Shown: positions 46,104 through 55,800 of the stretch, piece by piece
How positions within the stretch are numbered: the stretch's first letter is position 1
Layout: every line of letters starts with the position of its first letter
Virus record (IMG/VR): IMGVR_UViG_3300005534_000011
Coordinates: 1-64,000 of that record
Direction: 5' to 3' (one strand)
Origin: a virus
DNA: 64,000 nucleotides
Notes under the pieces: generated by a model
Databases searched by the model: none
Seen by the model: only the letters and a program-made list of their open reading frames with translations
What the model was told of the DNA's origin: nothing
Made by a program: the position numbers and the translations under genes

Positions 46104-47029
46104 AAAAGACGTTAATCGCGTGCCTGATTGTATCCATTTTCACTGCCGGGTTGACCGGTTGCGGGAAAAGTGATAAGGAATTGAAACAGGAAGCCGCCGC
46201 CCAACATTGGCAAGATGAACAGGTTGCAAAGGCTCAACAAGCTCAAGCCGATCTGCAATCCCAACAAGCGGCTGCCGCTCAACAGGCCAACGATGACCAA
46301 GAACTGCGGGATATCGTCACGGAACTGAAAAAGGGCGACCCACTGGTCAAAGATGCCTATTACGGTTACAACGAAAAAGGTGATCGGGTGTTGCATGTTG
46401 TGCGTGATAATCCACCACAAACCCAACCACAAGCTGGTTATGGTCAACCCCAGTATCAAAACGCCTCTGGTCAACCGGTGATCATCAATAACCAACCGGC
46501 TCAACAAGCCTCTAGCGGCGTGTCTGAGGCTATCTGGCCTCTGGCCGCTGGTGTTGGTGCGGGTATGTTGCTGGCGCACGCTATGAACAGCGGTGGGGGC
46601 TACAACAGCTATTCCAGCTATCATCAACCGTATAGCACCCACAACTATTCGGATTCGGACTATCGTCGGGAACGAACCTCGGTTGTGAATAACTATCATA
46701 CAACCGTCGTGAACAACACTCGGACGACCTACAAGGCTCAAGCTACGCCTGTCCAACCAACATCGAAGGTTGCACCGGGTTCGTCGAGCTACGCCCAGAC
46801 TAAAGCCTTGTCGAGTCCGGTTGTATCGAAACCTGACGTTCAACCAACTGCTAAGCCTCTGGTAAATGCCCCGGTAAACTCCTATTGGAGCCAACCGAAG
46901 TCCGAACCAGCTAAGACTGCATCGGCAAGTTCGTATAGCCGACCATCCAGCTCTAGTTCCAGTTTTGGTTCTAGCAGTTCTCGGTCTAGCTCCAGTTTCA
47001 GTTCGTCGCGTTCCAGCTCTCGGCGGTAA
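46100..47029 (+). CDS. lipoprotein with Gln-rich and Ser/Arg-rich disordered regions
   Basis: Lipobox LTGC; glycine-zipper AAGVGAGMLL; SSSR tail. Confidence 0.7.
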   Translation: MKKTLIACLIVSIFTAGLTGCGKSDKELKQEAAAQHWQDEQVAKAQQAQADLQSQQAAAAQQANDDQELRDIVTELKKGDPLVKDAYYGYNEKGDRVLHVVRDNPPQTQPQAGYGQPQYQNASGQPVIINNQPAQQASSGVSEAIWPLAAGVGAGMLLAHAMNSGGGYNSYSSYHQPYSTHNYSDSDYRRERTSVVNNYHTTVVNNTRTTYKAQATPVQPTSKVAPGSSSYAQTKALSSPVVSKPDVQPTAKPLVNAPVNSYWSQPKSEPAKTASASSYSRPSSSSSSFGSSSSRSSSSFSSSRSSSRR

Positions 47030-47031
47030 TC

Positions 47032-47502
47032 ATGAACATCGAACGCTTGCAATTGATGTCTGATATGTTAAGTGAAGTTATTGCCGGTACTTGGCAACCA
47101 ACTTCGGATAATTTACCGAAGTTGCGCGATCATATTCCAGTGCGAAATATTGCGTTCGAGTTGCGAAGTTGGTTCGGGGTAACCCCAGATTATTGTGGAT
47201 ATTCAGCTTGTGCAATCGGTCATGCCTGTATGGATGACCGATTCAACCAACAAGGGTTGGTATTTGGGTTGATCGGACCTGAATATATTACCGATGAAGG
47301 TTATAAAACTTCTTGGCAAAGTGTTGAAGCTTTCTTTGATATCAGCAATGATATGGCAAGGGGACTGTTTAATAGTTCGTCCTACTTTGATCTAGCAACC
47401 TCACACCTCATACAATGGCAGAGGGACGGCTCTCAACCACCAGTATCACCGGCTCAAGTGAAAGCGCGTGTTGACCAATTAATTTTGAAGGGTGTTGCAT
47501 GA
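47032..47502 (+). CDS. hypothetical protein, paralogue family C (CGYSACAxGHA)
   Basis: Tandem paralogue of 47499. Confidence 0.7.
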   Translation: MNIERLQLMSDMLSEVIAGTWQPTSDNLPKLRDHIPVRNIAFELRSWFGVTPDYCGYSACAIGHACMDDRFNQQGLVFGLIGPEYITDEGYKTSWQSVEAFFDISNDMARGLFNSSSYFDLATSHLIQWQRDGSQPPVSPAQVKARVDQLILKGVA

Positions 47503-47927
47503 ATATCAAACGTTTGGAATTGATGGTAACTATGCTGACCGAAGTTGTCCTTGATAAATGGACACCTGACCAAAAAGCTATGGTGGTATTCACTGGTAAT
47601 AGCTCTAATAAGCCTAGTTTCAATCTCAGTTATTGGGGTCAGGATGATTGTGGTTATTCCGCATGTGCATGTGGTCATGCTGGGTTAGATCCTCGGTTCA
47701 TTGAACAGGGGTTGACCATGCGGAATAACACCATTTACTACAAAGATTTCCGGGATTGGAGAGCTGTAGAAGAATTCTTTGGGGTCAACAGTGCAGTTGC
47801 AGAACTGTTATTCATGAAGAATTCAGGTAAAGATATTGGTTACTTCACCCAAAGTCATGTGATTCGCCGAATTTTGTTGTTACTTGAAGTCGGTGAGAAA
47901 AAATTTATTAAACAACTTGGATATTAA
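47499..47927 (+). CDS. hypothetical protein, paralogue family C
   Basis: MNI.RL.LM..ML.EV, CGYSACACGHA, RF..QGL. Confidence 0.7.
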   Translation: MNIKRLELMVTMLTEVVLDKWTPDQKAMVVFTGNSSNKPSFNLSYWGQDDCGYSACACGHAGLDPRFIEQGLTMRNNTIYYKDFRDWRAVEEFFGVNSAVAELLFMKNSGKDIGYFTQSHVIRRILLLLEVGEKKFIKQLGY

Positions 47928-47929
47928 GA

Positions 47930-48394
47930 ATGAACGTTACCCCAAAGCAAGTTAAAGCACAACGTGAACTTCTGATTAAGAAGTTGAAGGATTATGTCCC
48001 CGAAAGTTTAAGTGACCGAGTGGTTCATTGTATTGTAGGGTTTGGGTTATTTGCACTGTTTCCGGTGCTGGCCGCATCCTATCCAAGTTGCATGTTCATG
48101 GCATACATGGTGTTGTCAATCCTGTTGTGCCTTCAAGTGACTATCGTAGGTGTCATGTCATTCAGTATTCAGATTATGAAACAAATGCCGATTGATATTC
48201 GGAAGATGCAATACACCCTTCTGGGAAATGCTGATCATCGGATTGTCAATATGATCATCGGTCCTATCTTCTGTTGGGCGGTCTTTAATGCAGGGTTTCA
48301 GGCACTCGCAGTGGCAATCTGCCTGTTATCGATTCTGTTGTTTATCATCAACACCCAATATCGAGCTGTATGCAATTCAACTGAAAAGTTTTAA
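47930..48394 (+). CDS. multi-pass membrane protein
   Basis: About 4 hydrophobic helices. Confidence 0.6.
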   Translation: MNVTPKQVKAQRELLIKKLKDYVPESLSDRVVHCIVGFGLFALFPVLAASYPSCMFMAYMVLSILLCLQVTIVGVMSFSIQIMKQMPIDIRKMQYTLLGNADHRIVNMIIGPIFCWAVFNAGFQALAVAICLLSILLFIINTQYRAVCNSTEKF

Positions 48395-48529
48395 TGCATA
48401 TCGTTAAAATCAATCGGAAACAAACTCTTCGGTCAAGGCTTAAAAAGCTTTGGTCGAAGTTGTTCCCGCAAAAACCGCGACCGAAATCGGTCATTAAATT
48501 AAAAGAGCTTGACCGAAAGGACTTGTATT

Positions 48530-48748
48530 ATGACCCAAGACAATTCAGGAAGTAAGCCAATAGAATTTACACCCCGCGAAATACTCAGGATGGCTGAAAA
48601 CCCGGATGTTCTCCGGGCGTTAGCAAATGGACATGATTGTTGGGCAATGGAAGCAGAGTCTATGGGGTTTGATGATACATTTCATATAAATCGTGCAGCT
48701 CAATTGAACAAAGAAGCCGACCGACTGGATGAATTGTATGGGTGTTAA
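48530..48748 (+). CDS. hypothetical protein
   Basis: AAGGA RBS; terminator at 48792-48816. Confidence 0.5.
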   Translation: MTQDNSGSKPIEFTPREILRMAENPDVLRALANGHDCWAMEAESMGFDDTFHINRAAQLNKEADRLDELYGC

Positions 48749-48829
48749 GCTGACCCGGTTAAATAGAGTTAACAATGATTCCATATGAACACGCCTCGGT
48801 ATGACCGGGGCTTTTTATTTGAGCTAATT

Positions 48830-49606
48830 ATGACAGAACATGAAACTAAACCTACCAAAGTAATATTAGGCGGTCAGCGTATGCTAGAGCCTGAGATTCC
48901 TGTTAAAAAGCCTAGAGGACGACCAAAGGGTGGGTCCAATAAAAAACGGGTAAGGCGATCCGAAATCCAATTGGCATTGGATGAAATTGGCAAGAAATCT
49001 CCTAATATCGCTCAAGCGTTGATTGATTCAATATCACAGTTTCAAGTTGATAATGAAAGAATGCGTTTTCTTACCAATGAATATGCACGATCATTTGCCG
49101 AGCGGAAACAATCCACCAGACTATTAACTAATGCGATCCAGCAAATGGCCGAGCAAAAACCTCCATCGAAATCTGATAAGATTGGTATTCACATCTTCAT
49201 TCCAGTCGATTTGCATCATGAATTTCAGAATATCTTGGATAATACCCCACTCAACCGTAACGAAATCCTAACCAATTTGATTCTAAATTACATCAAAGCG
49301 CACAAGGGATTCTCCAATACTATCTTGAGGGATATCAACAGCGATTTGAGCCGGTTGGAGAAGCAAGAGTACCGGAACACTAAGATTGCCGCTGAAATGC
49401 TTGAGAACGCACCATACGACGCTGTAAGGACCGCTGGGAAGAGTTCCGGGGCACCCAAGAAGACCGGTATCCTTGTAGAAGATACAGCGGATCAACAATA
49501 CATGCGAAAGGTGGATCAACCCTATACAGAAGAAGGCGTGACCAAAGCCATGAGAAAATCCAAAGGTCCGACCGTTGATATGTCAGAGTTGTTCAAAAAA
49601 GATTAA
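48830..49606 (+). CDS. putative DNA-binding protein (AT-hook plus ribbon-helix-helix-like)
   Basis: KPRGRPKG; IHIFIPVDLHHEF...NRNEIL..LI.NY. Confidence 0.55.
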   Translation: MTEHETKPTKVILGGQRMLEPEIPVKKPRGRPKGGSNKKRVRRSEIQLALDEIGKKSPNIAQALIDSISQFQVDNERMRFLTNEYARSFAERKQSTRLLTNAIQQMAEQKPPSKSDKIGIHIFIPVDLHHEFQNILDNTPLNRNEILTNLILNYIKAHKGFSNTILRDINSDLSRLEKQEYRNTKIAAEMLENAPYDAVRTAGKSSGAPKKTGILVEDTADQQYMRKVDQPYTEEGVTKAMRKSKGPTVDMSELFKKD

Positions 49607-49636
49607 TAAAAAAGGGAGCCAATGGCTCCCTTTTTG
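49607..49636. terminator. bidirectional terminator between convergent operons
   Basis: AAAAAGGGAGCC-AAT-GGCTCCCTTTTT. Confidence 0.85.
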
Positions 49637-49643
49637 TTTTCTA

Positions 49644-49817
49644 TCAATGACGGCTTTGTGAGCGCAGACATTGAAGTTCGTTTGCTACGATTGTGTACTT
49701 AGAGCAATCTGGTGTAACACCAGCGGCTGGTTGGTATGTTTCTGGAACTACTGGACCACCACACGCACTAAGCAAGGCAGCGGTCATCAAGACCATGCCA
49801 ATAACTACTGTTTTCAT
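49644..49817 (-). CDS. 57-aa lipoprotein (not in ORF track)
   Basis: MKTVVIGMVLMTAALLSAC lipobox; two further Cys; AGGG RBS. Confidence 0.65.
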   Translation of the reverse strand: MKTVVIGMVLMTAALLSACGGPVVPETYQPAAGVTPDCSKYTIVANELQCLRSQSRH

Positions 49818-49839
49818 TCGATATAACCCTTAATTATAA

Positions 49840-50589
49840 TCACCAGATATCATACGAGAAATATTTATCGCTGATATTCTTCCATACACCATTGGCACGA
49901 ATTGTATCAATGGCGCTATTCATTGCGGTCAGTTGTTGAGGATCAGTTTTACGAACTGCCATCCCAATTCCATGCCCGTAGTATTTAGAATCGTGAATCT
50001 GTCCACCTACGCAGCTAAACCCTTTACCTTGTGGAGTTTGAAGGAATCCAAAATCAACTTCGATCAATGGTCCCATCACACCATCTAGGCGAGTGTTAGC
50101 AGCTTCTAGGAAGGCTTCTTGTTGGCTTGTATATGATACAACCTTGACACCTTGCGGTTTCAGTACACCATTGGCATATGATTCGTCGGTTGACCCGCGC
50201 AACACACCAATGGTTTTACCAATCGGACTAACACCATCCCGCATTACTGTGCAAGATGCTTCGTGGTAATAGCTTTTGGTAAAGTCAATTACTTTCATCC
50301 GGGCGTCTGTAATAGACATCGCGGTGATGATTGTATCAATTTTCTTGGACTGTAGAGCCGGGATCAACCCATCCCAATCCATTGGCACGAACTCACAGGT
50401 TTTATGCATTTCCGCACAAACTGCAAGTGCAATGTCCACATCAAATCCCTTTACAACACCATCATTACCCATTGATACAAATGGGGGGAGGGTTGTATCA
50501 ACGCCCACTTTCAGGGTGTCACCAGCGCTCGCTGTAAAAGATACCATCAATGCGGCAGCAGCCATCAAACCAACAAAAATCTTATTCAT
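49840..50589 (-). CDS. polar amino-acid ABC transporter substrate-binding protein (HisJ/ArgT-like, SBP family 3)
   Basis: Signal peptide; PPF, GFDVD, WDGLIPAL...KID, MSIT..R...DFT, G.G.AVRK, I..KYF. Confidence 0.9.
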   Translation of the reverse strand: MNKIFVGLMAAAALMVSFTASAGDTLKVGVDTTLPPFVSMGNDGVVKGFDVDIALAVCAEMHKTCEFVPMDWDGLIPALQSKKIDTIITAMSITDARMKVIDFTKSYYHEASCTVMRDGVSPIGKTIGVLRGSTDESYANGVLKPQGVKVVSYTSQQEAFLEAANTRLDGVMGPLIEVDFGFLQTPQGKGFSCVGGQIHDSKYYGHGIGMAVRKTDPQQLTAMNSAIDTIRANGVWKNISDKYFSYDIW

Positions 50590-50604
50590 TCTCAATTCTC
50601 AAAA

Positions 50605-50895
50605 TTAGTTAATATTACAAACAACACCGATCAGACTTGTTAGAGCCTGTGGTTTTGGGGTAGGAGGCGGATATAATGCATCCAATTCACGTTTAACCAA
50701 TGTACCAATCGAAATTTGTAACATGGTTGCAGAAGCGTTGCTATCCGGTGCGATAGATTCCATATGATATGTACGTTGAATGGTGTATGGGGATACATCC
50801 ATCAAGGTAATATCAATTGCATGGGGATCGACGTTGATATCAACGTTAACAATCCCGAGCGTAAAATCAACCGAAGTTATTTTAAATGTATTCAT
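50605..50895 (-). CDS. hypothetical protein (possible tail-associated)
   Basis: Coupled within the late tail operon. Confidence 0.55.
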   Translation of the reverse strand: MNTFKITSVDFTLGIVNVDINVDPHAIDITLMDVSPYTIQRTYHMESIAPDSNASATMLQISIGTLVKRELDALYPPPTPKPQALTSLIGVVCNIN

Positions 50896-51854
50896 TTCCA
50901 AACAATTTCCCAATTTGCGGATATAGAACTTACCCTATGGAAATCATAGGTGGTTGTACATACCTGATCGTTCATTGCCGTGAACCGGGTTTTACCGGGC
51001 CAGATAGGCTCAAACTTGAGGATGTCAGCGATCAGTTCCTTGTACTGATATTTATACTGGTCAATTCCAACCCCAGCTTTTTCGCTAGCGTCTTTCTGTG
51101 ACCATCCCTCAAATTCTGGGGTATTGAAGAATGCAATATAGCCTTTACCGGGTGGTTGCATGCCCAATTGGACCATAAATTCCAATTCGTCACGGTCCCA
51201 TAGACAGCTAAAATCAATCCACCATGCAAGATTTGCAGCGGTCATAGCTACCGGTATACTATCGGTTAACGGTTTCAGCTTTTTTAACTGAACATCGGCC
51301 CAGTGCTCAGTATTTCCGGTATACCTAGCAATCAATTCTTGTGGGGTCATATCCCAAATATCGGTATAAATTTGTGGATCTTTCATATCATCCAAAAATT
51401 CCCCAACCAATATTGAATCCGCATGAGTTCCGGTGATAACCATCCCACCTCTTTCAGTGACCGAATGAAGAGATTCTAAAGTAATGTCTTCAAATTCGGC
51501 ATACTGTTGAATCCACTCAATAACTTTTGGATCAGCATCAATATCTGATTGTTCCGATCTGGTAAGAGTAATCTTCTGAGTGGTTTTCATACTGCATAGG
51601 TATACCGCAACCAATGTTGAATCCACCCCACCGGAAAACATGATATGAATATCATCGTAATTGGCTAAAATCCATTTTGCTCTGTTCAAACAAGCTTGAT
51701 GGAACGATATATCAGATTTAGGTGCAATTGGTGTATGAATGTATGGATATATTCCGGCGATTCTTGGAATTACGATTGCATTGTTGGTGACATCGGAAAT
51801 TGCCAATCCGAATGAAGATGATTTTACCCATCTGTTATGATATCTGTATGTCAT
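50892..51854 (-). CDS. PP-loop ATP pyrophosphatase, asparagine-synthetase C-domain-like
   Basis: IMFSGGVDST and VITGTHAD motifs; no glutaminase domain. Confidence 0.7.
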   Translation of the reverse strand: MTYRYHNRWVKSSSFGLAISDVTNNAIVIPRIAGIYPYIHTPIAPKSDISFHQACLNRAKWILANYDDIHIMFSGGVDSTLVAVYLCSMKTTQKITLTRSEQSDIDADPKVIEWIQQYAEFEDITLESLHSVTERGGMVITGTHADSILVGEFLDDMKDPQIYTDIWDMTPQELIARYTGNTEHWADVQLKKLKPLTDSIPVAMTAANLAWWIDFSCLWDRDELEFMVQLGMQPPGKGYIAFFNTPEFEGWSQKDASEKAGVGIDQYKYQYKELIADILKFEPIWPGKTRFTAMNDQVCTTTYDFHRVSSISANWEIVWK

Positions 51855-51855
51855 A

Positions 51856-52728
51856 TTACGCCACCGACCCTGAATAATTACTTGTATTACCAATATAGCT
51901 ACTTACATTACCCCAACCGAGATACGCATATCCAGCGGCACCCCCACCACCAGCCGGACCCGCCACGCTCCAACTACATGTAGAGCCATCATAAGAACCT
52001 GCACCACCGGGAGCACCAGCAGCACCCCAACCACCGCCCCAACCACCCCAACCACCGGCACCAGAAACACCGGGTGCAGTTCCACCGGATTGGGCAATAG
52101 CAAATCCTTGGCCGTTACCGCCGTTACCGCCCCCTGATATTAAGCAAATCGGACCACGGTCACCACCGCCGCTACTGGCATAACCACCAGCACCGCCACC
52201 ACCGCCACCACCGCCGCCGCCATATACCCAACCACCGTTGATATACATGGTAATAGAGCCACCGGCAATAGCAAAAAACTGTAAAGCGTAGCCACCGGCA
52301 CCACCGGCACTACCACCCCACCCAGCATTAGCAGATGCACCAGCAGCACCTAAGCCGCCATATGCTTGAATAGTCCCACGTAGTTCAATTGTGAGTGCAG
52401 TTCCAGTCGGCCATGATCCTATAACACATGCTGGATTCCCTGTAGCGTAAGAATACATGGTCCCAGATAGGATTAGATAAACTTTTGGTTGGTTGTTGTA
52501 TCCATATGCGTTAGCAATTGATCGGAGATTACCATTTTGGGCATCCCCGATAGTTAGTGTAAATGTATTTGACTTGCTTTGTAGATTTGACATTGAAATC
52601 TGACCGGACGGTACTAATGCCAGAGTACGCACCGCAGTATCATTTAAACTTGAATTAGCCCGATTGTAGGCTAACCCAAGTTCGGCGTTAACATCCGAAA
52701 TGGCGATTTGGCCTGATGGTGTTGTCAT
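51856..52728 (-). CDS. 38: tail fibre adhesin (T2/T6 gp38-like receptor-recognition protein)
   Basis: N-terminal SGQIAISDVNAELG..VR.LA..PSG.IS attachment domain; poly-Gly motifs (YGGGGGGG); directly after the fibre gene. Confidence 0.75.
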   Translation of the reverse strand: MTTPSGQIAISDVNAELGLAYNRANSSLNDTAVRTLALVPSGQISMSNLQSKSNTFTLTIGDAQNGNLRSIANAYGYNNQPKVYLILSGTMYSYATGNPACVIGSWPTGTALTIELRGTIQAYGGLGAAGASANAGWGGSAGGAGGYALQFFAIAGGSITMYINGGWVYGGGGGGGGGGAGGYASSGGGDRGPICLISGGGNGGNGQGFAIAQSGGTAPGVSGAGGWGGWGGGWGAAGAPGGAGSYDGSTCSWSVAGPAGGGGAAGYAYLGWGNVSSYIGNTSNYSGSVA

Positions 52729-52772
52729 GTTTGTTACTCAATAGGTTGAATTTTCTAATGGTATTTATCAAA

Positions 52773-52797
52773 TAAAAAAGGGGCCAATTGGCCCCTT
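52773..52797 (-). terminator. Rho-independent terminator after the tail fibre gene
   Basis: AAGGGGCC-AATT-GGCCCCTT plus a T-run on the - strand; GATAAATA late-like promoter follows (52762-52769). Confidence 0.75.
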
Positions 52798-52802
52798 ATG
52801 AA

Positions 52803-55800
52803 TTACTTGCTAATTGCCTCGATCAATGCCGCGACTTGTTGTTTTAGAGCCTGAATTTCCTTATCCTGCTCTTTAATTGCTTCGACCAATACCGGCACCA
52901 ATCTCTCATATTTCAGAGTTAGATAATGTTCACCTGATTTGGATTCACCTTTAACATCGGTAACATCAAAGGGTGCCTGTTCAACCGCTTGTGGGGTTGT
53001 TGCTTGGATATCCTGTGCCAACAGACCAATTTCTTCTTTGGTTGGATCATATCCGAATGTAGCAGCCAATGCGTTAGCGTTGTAGCTATACCCAGTCCAA
53101 GATTTAACAGTTTCCAATGCGTTAGCAATTGGTTTCAGATTTTCTTTCAGACGTTTGTCAGAGTAATATGCGGTTACGTTACCGGTTGCCGCAATATCGG
53201 ATGCTACATAAAACGCTTTACCACCGTAAACACGAACCCATGTAGTATCCTGCATGAAGATACCACCGCCGTAATCGTTGTTGTACCATCCTGTAGCCCC
53301 TGTAGACCTCCACCAGCTACTATTGATGGTTGTACCACTAAAGGTATGAGTACCGGTATAAGACCCTGTACCACTAGCTGTGAACGCCCCTGCAACAGAT
53401 ACGCTGGAGTTGAATGTCCAAGCTGAACCTGATGCAATCGCACCAGTCGCCAATGTCATGATCAATGGGCGGTTGGTGTTATATGAACCATACTGATCAG
53501 CAGATGCTGTTTGCATCAGATATAGGTTTGTACCATCATTTCGCCAGAATGTTCCGTAGTTGCCTTGAACCATTCTATAGCTGTTGATTGCACTTGATTG
53601 CACTTCACCCGCAAACAGGTTGTTTCTATCCAATTTCGCGGTGTTACTATCAATACCAGCCGTCGATGTAACAGTTAACCCAGTTTCACTGGTGATGATC
53701 GATGCATCCCATGTGCCGGTATCCCACCCGGTGGCTGTGGCCCCAGTCCATGCAAGATTTACATCTTTAACGAATACCGTAGGGTACGACCATACCGAAG
53801 TAGCAGTACCAATCAGAATACAGTTGTTAGTACCATCATGAGCAAATCTAACAGATTGACCAATCGCATTTGCATTACCGTTGTTGGTTGATGCGGATGT
53901 GTATAACCATGTTGCAGGTGCTACCGAATAGTTATACCCGGCTACAATCAACTCACTATTACTTCTACCAACCGCACCCTCATTAATACCAACCGCCATT
54001 TTCAGCATGGTGTTGTTATAACCAACCGGTAACACAATTTTCAGAGTACCTGTAATTGTTGCACTACCACCACCAACAAACTTGGATAATACCATGTCGT
54101 AAGTTTTGGTATTGGCTACCTGATGTGAAATCGGACCTGTAAGAAGTCCGCCAGTTGTTGGAAGCTTAGTCGAATCTGTTACCGTGATGTTAGCAGTCCC
54201 ATCAAATGGAACACCATTGATGGTCCGTGGGATGTTAAGTTTACTTGCAGCAGTTGATAGTCCGTTGATATTGATACTGTAAGTCGATCCCGGAATAATA
54301 GCAGAAATGCTAATCCAGCTCGACCAAACACCTACACCCGGATCATATTGTCTAAATTGAACCGATGGGTTACCACTGTACAAATACGCAAATTGGAATC
54401 TAGCCGATGTATTCGAAATAGACTGCGACCAGACGGTACTGATATACCAATATGATGCACCACCATCCGGGGTATTCACATGGTTGGTTACGATCAGGTT
54501 TAATGCAGTTACGTTCGGGTCATCACCAACTAATGCAACAGCGGTATTCTGTGACATCTGAGCGGCGATTACACCACCTACTTTGTATGTATCTAATGCT
54601 TTATCAACGGTAGTGCCATAAATCTGCAAGAACTTTGCATCAGCTTCGGCTTTACTGTAAACACTCAACGAACCACGAGCGGCAACAGGGTCTGCAATAT
54701 CTGCCAAGTTCTGAGTCTTTTTCAGATACGCGGAACCATGGTTAAGCGTTTCCCAAACATATTTCGCACCGATGTATCCACGATAAATGAAAGTTACCAC
54801 CATACCGTTATCTGTGGTCGCATATGTAGCAGATGTTAGACCATCCAACAACATATTTGAGGTGTTTGGAACTGTGATTGTTACCGGGAATGATGCTGTA
54901 CTAATAGCCGCTGTTACAATATCACCAATCTTAACTTGATCTACTGGCGGTAGCAGAATATTAGATGAAACCACACCGGATAGGGTTACCAAGGTGTTTG
55001 GAACCATTGAGCCCGAAGTCATTACAGGTACGGATTTGGTATCATTGAGATTGATAACCGCCCATTCCCCACCTTTGTACATGAATAGGGTTCTACCACG
55101 CTGCTTTATTCGGAAGGTGGTGGTGTTTTGTAACGCACCGTTAACCCGGAAATAAGCACTACCTGTTGCAGTTACTACCAACGACCCTGATGTAACAGTA
55201 TCTTGATATCTGGTATTAACCTCAACCCAATCACCATCATACATAGTGGCGTTGTTAGGCAGGTTCAAGACTTTGTTGGTTGTATCCAATGTAACAAATA
55301 CAGATTGGTTTGTTAATGGAGCCAACGTCTCTGTCATACGACCTGATTGGGCATTTGAATATGCCATCCATGAACCGGATACCGAATCATAGATCAGGGT
55401 AACCATTGCAGCAGTTCTGGTCATAACAATGGATGGGCTACCATTGATGTTTTTACCGTTACCGTTGATGGTGATGTTAAAGTTAGAACATTGACCCAAT
55501 CCATCAGCAACTACTACCCATTGACCCTGAACCGGGTTAATAGGAAGAATAACAGTTACAGGGGATGTTGAAAGTTGAACGTTGTTCCAAGTGTTCGGGG
55601 CCACAACTGTGTTGACCGAAACCAATTGATATTGAGGTTTGGTTACACGAATAACTCTCCAAGTACCACCCAAGAATACCAATTGAGTTGTATCAGATGA
55701 GTTGATCTGATAGTTAGAAACCCCTGTGTTGTTGAATGTGTTAGTACCGGCACTCAAGATGATAGGGTTGGTTGAAGCTGTCCCTTCATCAATGATGTAA

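Noticed and set aside
44527-46894. Long - strand ORFs (44527-45342, 46112-46894) and similar antisense ORFs elsewhere
   Set aside because: They shadow codon-biased + strand genes and have no RBS, promoter or recognisable motifs.
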